A stretch of 63,364 nucleotides of DNA, filler included, from Octopus bimaculoides (taxonomy: Eukaryota), in assembly GCF_001194135.2 (NCBI RefSeq). It is 6 parts of 6 records of this genome, joined end to end, with 100 filler letters (N's around TTAATTAATTAA, not from the genome) between each part and the next. Parts side by side here need not be neighbours in the genome. Positions count along the whole stretch, not along the records: positions 1 to 24,454 come from NC_068990.1; positions 24,555 to 27,782 come from NC_069006.1; 4 more parts are not named here. One strand, given 5' to 3'. Below are positions 13,610 through 26,786 of the stretch, piece by piece. Every line of letters starts with the position of its first letter. Position 1 is the first letter of the stretch. The notes under the pieces are model-generated. The model made no database searches. It was given only the letters and a program-made list of their open reading frames with translations, and had not been told where the DNA came from. A program made the translations under genes and the position numbers.

Positions 13610-14156
13610 GTAAGTTATATCAGTACCTTAATTTCTTTCATAAAAATTTCTTTTAATTAAATCTGCCTGTAATGAGCTGTTTTTGTTTTCAAGTGTGTAT
13701 TTACAATATTTAAAAATATCTGTTTTGCTGAGTTTAATCACTAATTGTCTTTTCCTTGATATGTGCATGTTCCCAGACTGGATTCAAACTAGGGACCATT
13801 ATTTGTAAACTAAATAGTGTCTTTATCTGCTAAGTCAACAACACATGTAAATGTGCCAATAGCTGCATTCAATTCCAAATTGAGACTAGGTATATATCCA
13901 GGAATAAGACACTAGATAACAAAGGGAAATCAAACTGATTAACATACAGTGTAGATATAAATATTGTAAATATTCACCCTAAAGATAAGCTTAGCCTGGA
14001 AAATTATAATTTTAACTTGGTCTTTATTCAATGTCAATCCTATGTTAGGAACAATTATTTTGTAGTAGTATATCCTTTATTTCATGCTAAAATGAGTGGA
14101 ATGGTCTTTGCATGCTTGCATATTTTTTACTAAAGTGTTTTATGGTTGGATGTCTC

Positions 14157-14308
14157 AAGAACTGCTGAGAGTGGAGCCTATTTACAACTAAGTATACTGA
14201 GACAAGTAAGCATGCTATATTTTCTCTTTCTCTGAGAACTGCTGAGAGTGGAGCCTATTTACAGTTAAGTATACAGAGGCAAGTAGGCATGCTATCTTTT
14301 CTCTTTGT
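14157..14308. repeat. 77-bp tandem duplication in tetraspanin intron
   Basis: gaactgctgagagtggagcctatttaca... begins at 14159 and again at 14236. Confidence 0.9.
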
Positions 14309-14594
14309 CTTTTCTGTTGTTGCTGTAATGGCCTCTGTTCCTTAAAGTTACCATTCTCATAGCTCCTCCACTCAAGCACCTCCAACCCACTCATCTCTTT
14401 ACCCCTCATTACCCTTGTTGCATCTACCTCCTGATCCTACACAAACAACCATTACCAGTCTTTATTCCTCAGAACATCTTCTGTGGGAATGATATGAGCA
14501 GGAAAGAAATTCCAGAAGTTCAACATTCTGAGAAAGAAAGATTGTGTATAGTGATTTGTGTGAGGCCAGAAACTGAAGAGTGAAACAGAAACAT

Positions 14595-14831
14595 AAGGCG
14601 GCGAGCTGGTAGAAACGTTAGCACGCAGGGCGAAATGCTTAGTGGTATTTCGTCTGCTGTTACGTTCTGAGTTCAAATTCCGCCAAGGTCGACTTTGCCT
14701 TTCATCCTTTCGGGGTCGATAAATTAAGTACCAGTTATGCACTGGGGTCGATGTAATCGACTTAATACCTTTGTCTGTCCTTGTTTGTCCCCTCAATGTT
14801 TAGCCCCTTGTGGGTAATAAAGAAATAAGAA
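14595..14831 (+). mobile_element. Full-length tRNA-derived SINE family B (Deu/Nin-domain-like)
   Basis: A box (tggtagaaacgttag) and B box (gagttcaaattcc). The centre gcctttcatcctttcggggtcgataaattaagtaccag resembles the DeuSINE/Nin domain (from memory). Tail aaagaaataagaa. Confidence 0.82.
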
Positions 14832-15324
14832 ACTGAAGAGTGGATACAAGGGAGAATGGAGGAGGAGAGATGAGTGAGGTGGCATGAACACAGCTAGTTC
14901 CATAGAATGGAGGCCAACATAGTTGTGGTGGAAAAGGCATATAAAGAGGAGATGGTATGTCTGTGGGCCAGAGGCTGGTGTGTATCTGTGAGTGACTTTA
15001 TGTCAATTTGTTTGGTAATATCTTTCTGTTACAATATCATTGTTATTTTAGTTAATAGATTCTAGTCTTTGTGAGGTAATGAATATATAAATACAATTGT
15101 CACAGCTTGTTACTATTAGTTGCCACACAGGTGTAAACATCCTAGTATGATATTAATTTCTCAGTTGATAGATACTGTAGCATAAAAAATAAGATTCTAT
15201 GGAAGTAAATCTCAACTCAAGTTCAGTACCTGGTTTTGCTATTTTCTCTTTACTAATATATTTGGAAAAGGTATATGTGCCACAACATTACCCCAACTAC
15301 TGTAACTACTCAAGCTAATCAACC

Positions 15325-15560
15325 CATCATTCGTCATCATTTAACATTCACTTTTCCATGCTAGCATGGGTAAGATGGAATTTGTAGAAGTGGAGTTTTT
15401 TTTATATCTGGATGCCCTTCCTGTCACCAACCCTCATCTGTTTCCAAGCAAGGTAATATTTCCCCATGAGCAGACATACTTTCACAGAGTACTGGAAATG
15501 AAAGAAACTGCTTGCATGATAGTGATATTGGTTTACAGCTATTACATAAAGTCCAAGCTA
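15325..15560 (-). mobile_element. RTE-type 3' tail (divergent subfamily)
   Basis: catcatttaac...ttttccatgctagcatggg...ggatgcccttcctgtcaccaacc. Confidence 0.55.
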
Positions 15561-16872
15561 GGAGATAGTAACTCACCCACACACATACATATACTTATGT
15601 ACACACGCATACATATACTTATGTACACACACACACGATGTGCTTCTTTCAATTTCTGTGTACCAAATCCACTCACAGCGCTTTAGTTGGCCTGGAGCTA
15701 AGGCACTTATCTGATGTGCCATGCAAATGAACTGAACCTGAGATTATATCGGTGGGAGATTACAAAAGGCTAAAGTTTAAACTTTGTCTCCTTAGAGGAT
15801 AGGGTAACTAAGCATATATCCTTATGTAAGGAGTCACATAATTAAACACTAGTTGATTCCAGGTCCCAGCTTCAGACTAGAAATTATTTTGCTTTAGAAT
15901 TCATAGTTTGTGAATTAAATTATTTCCATATGATTCTTTAACTCTTTTGTTAACATATACAAATTAAAAGATATTGCCTTTGTTTCAATTAATTTTGAAG
16001 TAATGAAGGATTTAGTGAAATAACTATCATTATTAAGCTGGTGTTTGGAATATATGTGAAAGTGCTGGGAGCAATCTCAGGCAAATTGGTATCAAAAAGG
16101 CTAAACTTTGTATTTGATAAGAATAAAGACAATCAAGATTTAAGTTTGCTTTCTGACTTCCACATGGTTCTATAAATAGTACAACAGTTTTTTAATGAAT
16201 AGATTGGCACATTTTTATCCTATATTGTGTTAAATTTTATTTTCACGGGGATAAGAAGCTTATCTCTGTTTTTGTACATAATTTATATATTTTCATACAT
16301 TCATAGCTTTATATCAATATATATTTTAGTCAGAAGTGCAATAGTATTAAATATGTTTTCAGATTTTAATGCAAAATAATGAATTCCAAAGTTCAGATTT
16401 TAATTACTGATGAATATTAAATGAAGAACATTTGAAAAGACAAAAAGAAAGATTATCTTTCTGATATCTTGTAAATCATTCTAAATATATTAATATTCAG
16501 TTTTAATGCTTTATAATTCAATATGCTTTTAATATGTCCTTAATTTAATATGTAAAGGCATGTGGCCCAATGTTTATGGTGTTGGCCTGATGACTATTAG
16601 GTTGTGGCTTCAATTCTTGAACTGAGTGGATCATTGTATCCTTGAGTAAGATTTCAATTCACATATGTTCTGTACTCAGCTGAAAATGAGTTCCATTGGC
16701 ATCTGGAGGTTTGACTCTGTAATGGACTTGTGTCCTCTTTGGGGAGTGTTCTTGTATACTCAGTTTAAACACCTTGAAAATCTGTTTAAGCTCTGGTTTC
16801 ATGTACCTGTAGGCTGGAGGTAGGCCTTTTTTTAAAATTGAATATTTTTCTTTTTTTTTTTATTCTTGACAG

Positions 16873-16983
16873 AATCCAAACAAACGCATTTTCATACAAG
16901 GTTGTGTTCCCGTTTTGATGAATATCTTCAAAATGAATGCAGTCATAATTGGTTTGTCCATGTTAGTAATAGCACTATTGGAG
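16873..16983 (+). CDS. Tetraspanin coding exon: end of EC2 (GC) and start of TM4
   Basis: ttgacag acceptor and gtgagc donor; 111 nt, phase 0. Translates NPNKRIFIQGCVPVLMNIFKMNAVIIGLSMLVIALLE. Not in the ORF track in this frame. Confidence 0.9.
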
Positions 16984-17017
16984 GTGAGCTTCAATATTTT
17001 TGTTGTTCTCTACACGT

Positions 17018-17328
17018 CAGGAGTCCCCAACCACAGGGCCACAGAGTGGTGAATCATTTTGTACTGGGTCACAGAGAAAGAATAAATTTTAAAATTTCAT
17101 TTCCATTTTATTTACTATCATAGTCTGCAGGGTATTTTACTTTGAAAAATTACTACATCCATTTGTGTCTCTTTCTCCCATGTTTGTCTTAGTTTTTTTT
17201 TTGTGCACTGACAAACTAAGCCCAGAAACTAACTGTAACAATAATAAGAATGCATGATCCTATAATCTGTAGAAAAATTGACTTGCATGAAACCAGTCTG
17301 TGGTGCAAAAAAAGATTGGGAACTACTG
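17018..17328. mobile_element. hAT-like MITE, degenerate
   Basis: Ends CAGGAGTCCCCAACC ... GATTGGGAACTACTG resemble hAT termini; no clean 8-bp TSD remains. Confidence 0.5.
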
Positions 17329-17674
17329 CTCTGTACCATCCAATATATATTTAAATTGTATATGTTCAGCATTAGAGTCAATGCCAGCAGCAATGTTTTT
17401 TTTTTGTTCTGATCAGAAAGTCACCTTGGAGTCATCATAAATGCTTTAAAAAAATAGGTTTACTAGCTGTGATTATATATAGGAAACAAGTTTCACTATT
17501 TCCTAGAATGGTTGTTTTGAAAGTCAGAAAACCTGGGTATGGTATTGGTTTTGTAATCAGATGGATTATTCAGCACTAGCACTGATCCAATCTGAATCTC
17601 ACAACTTTTGGTGTAGCTATTTGGCTCAGACTTCATCACCATTTTATCTGGTGATATCCAATGGTGCCCTCCAT

Positions 17675-18825
17675 TATATGGGGGAAGTAAAAAATTATCT
17701 GCACTTTCATTAAAACTTTCTTCAGGCTGGGTGCACTGCCTTCAGTGTTCATGTGTTTGAAGGTGTTTGACCTTGACTCTTTCTGTTTTTTTCTTGTGTT
17801 ACAGAGTAAACATGGCCACTCCACTGGAAGTGTGCACCAAGGAAGAACAGAGATCATTGATTTAATTTCTGTAGTCTGAAGGTGTGTCAGGGGCTGAAAT
17901 TCATTGCAAGCTTGCAGTACAATACAGGGACAGTGCTCTACTGCATAGAAATGTGTATGAGTAGATTGAGATGTATGAAGAAGGAGCAGGACACCCACCA
18001 ACCCCCCACCACGGATATGAAGATTCAAAATGCTTGTGAGATGGTTTTGGTTAACTGACAAGTGATCATTGATGAGGTGGGATGTTCTCTGCAAATTAGT
18101 TGTGGTCCCACATACAAAATCATTCACAACAATATTCACTTCTGTAAAGTCTATGTGTGATGGGTGCCAAGAGAGCTTACCGAAGTGCGTAAGCAAAATT
18201 GTGTGGAGATCTGTCAGTGCTTACTTGACCACTACAATGATGAAGTTGAAGCCTTTTTGGAGTGAATAGCCATGGGAGATCAGAGCTGGGTCCATCACTT
18301 TGAGACAGAATCCAAAAGGCAGAGTATGGAGAAGAAACAGTATTGCTAGGACAAAAGAAATTCAAGCCTCAACCTTCCACAGAAAAAGTGATACTAACCA
18401 TTTAGGATGCAAAAGGGCCTACGCCTTTAGAAAAAGGGTCACCAGTGTAGGCTACAGTGAAATACTGGCCAACAAACTGAAACCAACAATTCACACCAAA
18501 TGACGAGGCCTATTGTTAAAGCAAGTGTTATTGTTGCAGGACAATCCATGCTCACATACAGCCACTGACACCATTGAATCCACTGAAAAATTGTATTTTT
18601 AGTTGCTGGAACACTTTGCATACAGTCCAGATCTCACCCCTTCCAAATATCACCTCTTTGGACTGCTCAAACATCCTTTATGAGGTTGTCAATTTGCTAC
18701 AGATGAAGAAGCACAGGAAGTGGTGCATAAATGACTGCATGACTAGTAAAAATACTTCTTCTCTGATGGAATAAGCAAATTTCTGGACCACTGGAAAAAG
18801 TGCATTGTAAAATAAGGAGTTTATG
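17675..18825 (+). pseudogene. Decayed mariner transposase
   Basis: A TIR-like start near 17675 and ATG at 17812 (MATPLEVCTKEEQR..GAEIH), then WVPREL, GDQSWVHH, DN, YSPDL and F..DEE motifs broken by stops and frameshifts. Confidence 0.85.
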
Positions 18826-19004
18826 CCAACCCCTGCTTTTGTTTTAATAAATTACAAAAGGGTGAAGGTTATCAATTTGTTATGGCCAAAGTGCAGGAAA
18901 AGGTGCATAAATAGCAGTGTGACCAGCTGAAAGCCTTCTCCAATAATAATGTAATTGTTAAATTCCTTTTGTTTTAATATATTACAGAAACAAGAGTGGA
19001 TATA

Positions 19005-19221
19005 CAAGGGATTGCTGAAAAGTTCCTGGCTTTGGGTAAAAGAAAATACAGGAGGATCAGTTAATTATGATTTTATTGAACATATACCCCTCTCAGATTC
19101 ACACAATTATTGCAGTGGTCCTTCAGTTTTTCTAAGCCCTATAAAAGAACTTGGAAGATTGAGCCTCCAAACAGGCCTGTCATAATACCCTTAAAGCCAG
19201 AAACTTTCTAGCACCCTCTTG
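19005..19221. mobile_element. Tc1/mariner-type MITE (217 bp) with TA duplication
   Basis: TA-CAAGGGATTGCTGAAAAGTTCCTGGCTTT ... AAAGCCAGAAACTTTCTAGCACCCTCTTG-TA; 23 of 29 TIR positions match. Confidence 0.78.
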
Positions 19222-19334
19222 TAAATTTTGACTTACCTTTGTAAATATGTGTGTGTGTGTGTGTGTGTGTGTGTACTGATTTTCATGTTAATTGTTTAGA
19301 TCTTCTGACTAAATATTTTGATCTTTATTTACAG

Positions 19335-19418
19335 ATTGTATCAGTTGTACTAGCCTATCTGACCATCAAAGGTATCTACGAGAAGAACTCAGAACAACCA
19401 TTTCCTTCTTCAATTTGA
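19335..19418 (+). CDS. Tetraspanin last coding exon: end of TM4, cytoplasmic tail, stop
   Basis: tttacag acceptor; translates IVSVVLAYLTIKGIYEKNSEQPFPSSI-TGA and completes TM4 in frame with the previous exon. Confidence 0.82.
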   Translation: MVSVVLAYLTIKGIYEKNSEQPFPSSI

Positions 19419-19596
19419 ATTACTGTATTACCTAAATGAAAAGGCCAGATATTAAAGAAAATCTATATTTCCTACATAACACTTCATTTAGAAAATAGAC
19501 TTCTCATTGAAAACAAAAATTCTTTTGCTATTTTCTTCTTAGATGCATTAAACTATAAATTTCCTTCATTTTCAAGTAGATTTGTTTGGAACTTAA

Positions 19597-19597
<1 letters not shown>

Positions 19598-19657
<60 letters not shown>

Positions 19658-19975
19658 AAGAGAGAGAGAGAAAGAGAGAGAGAGAGAGTGTGTGTATGTG
19701 TGTGCGTACATGCACATATTTGAATTTTTATACATATGTATGTATGTGTATATATAAAGGTATATATATGTATACATACATATATACATACATATATGTA
19801 TATATATATATATATAAACATATATATGTATATATATATGTATACATACATATATATATACATACATACATGTATGTATATACATGTATGTATATCTGTC
19901 TATACATACAAACACACACACACACATATATATGATGATGATATATATATATATATTTATATATGTAATATACAT
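19598..19975. repeat. Compound (TG)n(AG)n/(TA,CA)n microsatellite after the tetraspanin stop
   Basis: Direct reading. Confidence 0.9.
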
Positions 19976-20647
19976 CTGTAATATATATATCTGTAATATA
20001 ATACTTTGATTGCCTCGATAACTGATGAGATGCTGGGGTAGGTTTCTGCCCTGACATCTGAAACTCTTATTATGGCAACCGAATAATTGTTACATATATT
20101 ACAGATAAATTCTTCTATTTACATAATATTGAGGTCTCTTTCATTCTTTTGTTGNNNNNNNNNNNNNNNNNNNNNNNNNNNNNNNNNNNNNNNNNNNNNN
20201 NNNNNNNNNNNNNNNNNNNNNNNNNNNNNNNNNNNNNNNNNNNNNNNNNNNNNNNNNNNNNNNNNNNNNNNNNNNNNNNNNNNNNNNNNNNNNNNNNNNN
20301 NNNNNNNNNNNNNNNNNNNNNNNNNNNNNNNNNNNNNNNNNNNNNNNNNNNNNNNNNNNNNNNNNNNNNNNNNNNNNNNNNNNNNNNNNNNNNNNNNNNN
20401 NNNNNNNNNNNNNNNNNNNNNNNNNNNNNNNNNNNNNNNNNNNNNNNNNNNNNNNNNNNNNNNNNNNNNNNNNNNNNNNNNNNNNNNNNNNNNNNNNNNN
20501 NNNNNNNNNNNNNNNNNNNNNNNNNNNNNNNNNNNNNNNNNNNNNNNNNNNNNNNNNNNNNNNNNNNNNNNNNNNNNNNNNNNNNNNNNNNNNNNNNNNN
20601 NNNNNNNNNNNNNNNNNNNNNNNNNNNNNNNNNNNNNNNNNNNNNNC

Positions 20648-20696
20648 CAAAGCCTTGTGAGTGGATCTGGTAGACAGAAATTGAAAGAAGCTTGTC

Positions 20697-20753
<57 letters not shown>

Positions 20754-21003
20754 TATATACACCCATATGTATATATTTATGTAGGTGTGTGTTTGTCACC
20801 CCCACACACATACCATCGCTTGACAACTGTTGTTGGTGTGTTTGCATCCACATAACTTAGTAGTTCAGAAATAGAGGCCGATAGAATAAGCACTAGGCTT
20901 ACAAAGAATAAGTCCTGAGATCGAATTGTTCAACTAAAACCCGTTGAGGCAATGCTCCAGCTTGGCCACAGTCAAATGACTGAAATAAGTAAAATAATAA
21001 AAG
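20648..21003 (+). mobile_element. SINE family A, 5' part lost in gap
   Basis: ccaaagccttgtgagtggat...(TA)n...gcaatgctccagcttggccacagtcaaatgactgaaa. Confidence 0.75.
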
Positions 21004-21769
21004 AAAAGAATATATATATGTATGTATATATGTATGTATGTATGTATAAGATGAAGATGATTTATATAAGATGTATTAGTATAAGGAAAGTCTATGAAAG
21101 TTACTTTCTTTGTTTATGAAAAAAAATAAGGTTAAAATATGAAGTAATAAGAGAGGTATACAGATAAAGGTTCCAGATTTGTCTCAGTGGTTAAAGAATA
21201 TTTAAATATTGGGTTGTAAGAAAGATGTATTTTGATAACTTAAAAAATTATTTGACAGATTTGTATAGAAGTGTATATCAAAATAAATTAGCTTACTAAA
21301 TGCTCCTTTTATGCTTTTAGTGATATTCTTTTGAAAAATATTTTTAAAGGTAATGCAAAAAACAAATGGTATAGGATTTATTTTTGTGGGGCAATGACTT
21401 AAAATAATCTGATATATTTCCTTCTAACTATATGTTAAAACAGGATTATGTTAAATATTCCTTTTGTGTTTATAGTGATACTTAAAAAACATATTTTAGT
21501 ACAATTATAGGAAAAAAAACAAGAACGAATAAGTAGTGTAAGATTTATCTTGATGGGATGTAATGTTATGTAAGATATATTTTTGTACTATATAAATATG
21601 TATGTATATGAGTGTATATGTATATGAGTGTATATGTACATGTATGAATGTACTTATGTATGCATGTATATATATGAGTGTGTGTATGAATGAATCTATG
21701 TGTGTATATTCTCTTATATATGTTTAAATACATTTACCAAGGTTATTGTAAAATATATTCATTTTTGTG

Positions 21770-21770
<1 letters not shown>

Positions 21771-21845
<75 letters not shown>
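21771..21845. repeat. (AAT)n microsatellite
   Basis: Pure AAT run of about 25 units. Confidence 0.95.
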
Positions 21846-21846
<1 letters not shown>

Positions 21847-22574
21847 TGATACAAATTGTTATGGTAAAAATATATAGAGATCATTTTCAAAGATTTAATA
21901 GTTATTAATAGCATGAAATAGTTTTCAAGTTTCTCTATACTTGACCTTTTTGTTCCTCTACTTGATAACAAATTCTAAAGTTTCAGAGTTACACTTGTCT
22001 AGGAAGTGGCTTGACTTGAGACCTTGTGTTGAAACTGAACCAACTATATCACGGAAGAGCCATCTAAAAACACACACACAAAAATTTTTTTAATTCAATT
22101 TAAACTTGTCGTGGGGTGTCAAAATTGCATGAGTGTCCTGGTAACTGAAGCAATTCCAGTGCAATTACACACACACACTCACATATGTGCATACACATGC
22201 ACACACATGCACACACACACATGTATATACACACACATGCACACCCACATACACACATGCACACACACACACACATGGTGGACTCCTGTCATATATGACT
22301 GATAAGAGTTCTGCAATTTCTTGCTGAACAACCAGCATGGATGTTATGTTCAGAGTGATAAAATGTTTGTGCCACACATGAGCTCTCTGGCTCCATGAAA
22401 TCAATATTGCCTGCACAGTTGCTTGGTGTGCCACATGTCAGGTGTCTAAGTGACTGCAGAGCAACATGAAAGGAAGTGTTTTGCTCAAGAACACTATGTA
22501 CTGTCCGGTTTGGGAAATGAAATCATGATTACACAATTGTGTATGTGATGCCTTAAGAACCAGACCACACACGT

Positions 22575-22622
<48 letters not shown>

Positions 22623-23539
22623 ATGTGCATGTGTGTGTGTGTGAGTGTGTCTGTGTATATAAATAAGAGATAGCTCTTTTCAAGGTTGTCTTATATCCAA
22701 GCATCCCCCAGTTTATCTATATATTGGTGAATTTACTGGAATTTGTTTCTCTGAGTTAGTATTAGTGTTTATTAGATACTAGTACTATACACATTATAGA
22801 GTTCTAGTAGTTCATATAGATGTTTTCATCTGATTTGATATATGTGAACATAATTTCAGTAGTATAATGTAAAGAAAATGGAGAGTTTGCATACAGTAAA
22901 ATCAATTTATTTACATAACTGTTGATCACATAAGGCCTATGATTGTTTCAATATAGACCTTCATTCATTTTACAATTAATAATTGCATTATGAATTTAAA
23001 AGGTAGAGATCTTTTCAGGGCTAAAATCAACATGTTTCTTTACACCTTAATAGACTGAGTGTTCATTATAAACTGAGATAGCAGCATGCATTTTTTTGGT
23101 GTGTATGAGTGTATGTTAGCAATTTTTCCTTAAAGCTGAATTGCTCTATGTGTCTTTTTTTATGTATGTGTGTGCGTCAGATTGTCTTGGGAATTCTGTC
23201 CGAAAAATAGCCAAAATTTAAAGTGGCAGGACAGTGGCTAGTTGTCATCCTGGAGAATTTAGGTCATACTACCATTCCCCCTAAAGGAATTTATATTGGT
23301 TTTTAGAATTTGGATGTCGTTTTACTCCCTACCAACTCACCAATGGATTTGAAGACCATACAATATATATATTTTTATATATGTAGTTATTTTTATTAAT
23401 ATAATTTTAATGAGATTATCATTTCAAAATCAAACAGTCTAGATATTAATTTATTCACATCATGTCTCTTAAATTATACCATTATTATTATTAGATGTAT
23501 ATTTGAATAGTGTCTATTTACTTTACAATCATTTTATTT

Positions 23540-24240
23540 AAAATATACCTATTGAATGTGTATTTAATTCTGTGTGGGCAACAAAATCCTTTTTCTCTCT
23601 TTTTGTCGATCAATTTATGCTTGGATGTGATGATCTGGAAAATTTCCTCCTTGCATGTCACACCTCTTGTCCCCAAGTACTAAAATATTTTGTTCTGCTA
23701 ATACTTTGCACTTCAGTGTATAGTTCTTATTTTTTCTTTTATCTTCCAAATTAATCTACTTAGGTTAATGCTAGCTATTTTCCTCTTGACTTTGAAGGTG
23801 TTTTCATGGTTGACTATCCTTCTTTTTATGTAGTTTTCAGCAGCACTTATATAGTAGTAATTTACCCATATATTAGACCTTTTCCTTTACAAAACTTTCT
23901 TAATGGATATTGGCTTTTAATTTTGCAACGACAATTTTTATTTCCATTATCTTCTGTTGTTTCCTTATTAATGATGTCATGTCTGTTTTTCCTATTTTCT
24001 GGGTTATTTTTGTTACGTTTATTTTTGTATTTTGGGTCTTAAGTAGTGGTTTATCTCCTTGCTCATTCCATTTCTTATTTGTCTTAATGTGTATATTGTT
24101 ACCTATTTTATGTTCGTTGCTACCATTATACGTATCAACATTATTTCTAATATTATCATTTATATTATTATTGTTACGTTTATTCTTTCTCTTTTTCATA
24201 GGTTGTAAGTTTATATTATTTGCTCCTAGATTTTAGCTCT
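23540..24240 (-). mobile_element. Penelope-like element fragment (GIY-YIG endonuclease C-terminus)
   Basis: Degenerate YYISAAENYIKRRIVNHENTFK..INLSRLIWKIKE...CKEEIFQII..KLIDKKRE..CCPHRIKY matches the PLE pattern YIG..FK.R..NH..SF..LS..IW.LK..C.LC..E..LN.R.E..C.H. Confidence 0.6.
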
Positions 24241-24412
24241 GAAGAGATCTCTACTTTTAAATTCATAATGCAATTATTGATCATAAAATGAATGAAGGTA
24301 GATATTGAAACGATCATAGGCCTTATGTAATTGACAGTTATGTAAATATATTGATTTTACTGCATTCCAACTCCCAACTTTCTTTATATTGTGTGCACAT
24401 TAGTGGTCAACG

Positions 24413-24454
<42 letters not shown>

Positions 24455-24559
24455 NNNNNNNNNNNNNNNNNNNNNNNNNNNNNNNNNNNNNNNNNNNNTT
24501 AATTAATTAANNNNNNNNNNNNNNNNNNNNNNNNNNNNNNNNNNNNNNNNNNNNAGGTT

Positions 24560-25075
24560 TTCAGTGCTTCATTTTGGTCAAACCATTGTGAAGAACGCTT
24601 TTTTTTTTATTATTGTACAGAATCCCTTTTTCTTCACAAGTTACAATACGGTCAAGAAATGGATCGGTCTGGTTATGGAGAAGAAGCAACAAGCAAATTT
24701 CATATCTGCACATTTTCTGATTTTCATTCAAATCATTTGTCGAGCTTTTTTGATTTTCTAATCACATGCGAATGGTTGTAGGCAGTTTTCTGGCTAACTT
24801 GAAGTTCTTTTGCCAGTTCTCGAGTGGTTTTACATGAATCTTTCTCAATGATTGTCTTTAATTGACCACTATTGATGACGGATGGGCGTCCACTATGCTC
24901 ACAATCTCCCTCCACTGCAAAATTGTTTAAACCATTTTCAAGCTGACCACTCACTGGTCATTTCCTCACCAAATGTTTCATTGATATTGCAAGCGATGTC
25001 AGCTGCTTTACATCCTTTTTCAAAGTTGAATAGCAAAATTGCTTCAATACTGCACTTTGACTGTTCCGTTTCAGA
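24560..25075 (-). pseudogene. Mariner transposase N-terminal (HTH) fragment
   Basis: SGRPSVINSGQLKTIIEKDSCKTTRELAKELQVSQKTAYNH...KKLDKW, a Mos1-like second HTH. Confidence 0.8.
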
Positions 25076-25094
25076 TGATTCTGACAACATCATC

Positions 25095-25235
25095 ACTATC
25101 ATCATCGTTTAACGTCTGCTCTACATGCTAGCATGGGTTGGACGATTTGACTGAGGACTGGCAAACCAGAAGGCTGCACCAGGCTCCAATCTGATCTGGC
25201 AGAGTTTCTACAGCTGGATGCCCTTCCTAACGCCA
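25095..25235 (-). mobile_element. Short RTE 3' tail
   Basis: catcatcgtttaacgtc...ggatgcccttcctaacgcca. Confidence 0.8.
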
Positions 25236-25359
25236 ATGGTGAAAAAAATATCAATGTTAATTTATTGATGCATTTTGGCAAGTCTATGTCTGTTATTTCA
25301 AAACTCTGCAAAAATCAGGTACAAATTTTTCATGGTTCAAAATGTTGCTTACATTTTAC

Positions 25360-26279
25360 TCATGCCAGTGCCCCTGGACTGGCTTATGCGTGGGCGACAC
25401 ATGAAAAAATTTTTCGTGCGAGATCGTTGCCAGNNNNNNNNNNNNNNNNNNNNNNNNNNNNNNNNNNNNNNNNNNNNNNNNNNNNNNNNNNNNNNNNNNN
25501 NNNNNNNNNNNNNNNNNNNNNNNNNNNNNNNNNNNNNNNNNNNNNNNNNNNNNNNNNNNNNNNNNNNNNNNNNNNNNNNNNNNNNNNNNNNNNNNNNNNN
25601 NNNNNNNNNNNNNNNNNNNNNNNNNNNNNNNNNNNNNNNNNNNNNNNNNNNNNNNNNNNNNNNNNNNNNNNNNNNNNNNNNNNNNNNNNNNNNNNNNNNN
25701 NNNNNNNNNNNNNNNNNNNNNNNNNNNNNNNNNNNNNNNNNNNNNNNNNNNNNNNNNNNNNNNNNNNNNNNNNNNNNNNNNNNNNNNNNNNNNNNNNNNN
25801 NNNNNNNNNNNNNNNNNNNNNNNNNNNNNNNNNNNNNNNNNNNNNNNNNNNNNNNNNNNNNNNNNNNNNNNNNNNNNNNNNNNNNNNNNNNNNNNNNNNN
25901 NNNNNNNNNNNNNNNNNNNNNNNNNNNNNNNNNNNNNNNNNNNNNNNNNNNNNNNNNNNNNNNNNNNNNNNNNNNNNGGCCTTCGTGGGATTTTCGATCA
26001 AGATCGTTGCCAGTGCCCCTGGACTGGCTCTTGTGCGGGTGACGCATGAAATGCACCATTTTGAGCGTGGCCGTTGCCAGTACCACCTGACTGGCCTTCG
26101 TGCGGGTGACACGTAAAAGCACCCACTACACTCTCTGAGTGGTTGGCGTTAGGAAGGGCATCCAGCTGTAGAAACTCTGCCAAATCAGATTGGAGCCTGG
26201 TGTAGCCATCTGGTTTCACCAGTACTCAGTCAAATCATCCAACCCATGCTAGCATGGAAAGCAGACGTAAAACGACGAC

Positions 26280-26324
<45 letters not shown>

Positions 26325-26325
26325 A
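25360..26325 (+). mobile_element. RTE 3' UTR with N gap and long (GAT)n tail
   Basis: gccagtgcccctggactggc modules on both sides of the gap; ends in (GAT)n at ~26280-26325. Confidence 0.8.
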
Positions 26326-26436
26326 TATATATATAATTAATAATATAAGGGTAATAACAATTTTAGAAATTTTTTTACTACCAGTGGTCTAGTGTGTAGA
26401 AAAATTAGTCAATAGATTATATATTATTCATATAAA

Positions 26437-26786
26437 TACAGTGTACATTTAAATACATAAGAGGTATCCATCATAGGATTCCTAACACTCTAGAAGGAAT
26501 GGCTAAAATCCAAACTACTATTAGGGATAAACTTCAAAGGGAATGAAAAATAAAAACATTTACCCTCTATCTCCTGGACCATGGTTTCTGACTTTTTCTA
26601 GCAAATAAAATAATTTGCTAGGCGAAGTCTTCATCAACAGGTATGCCTACATTGATAGATGGTAAATGTTTTTATTTTTCATTCCCTTCGAAGTTTATTC
26701 CTAATAGTGGTTTGGATTTTGGCTGTTCCTTCTAGCGTGCCAGGAATCCTATGACAGATACCTGTTACATGTTTAAATGTACACTC

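Noticed and set aside
23181-23210. cag-ATTGTCTTGGGAATTCTGTCCGAAAAATAG as an alternative last tetraspanin exon
   Set aside because: Weak polypyrimidine tract and a very short peptide; the 19335 exon completes TM4 better. RNA data would be needed.
24455-24554. TTAATTAATTAA embedded in Ns (also 27827, 51167, 58551, 61412)
   Set aside because: Always 44 N + 12 nt + 44 N = 100. This is an artificial six-frame-stop scaffolding spacer, not biology.
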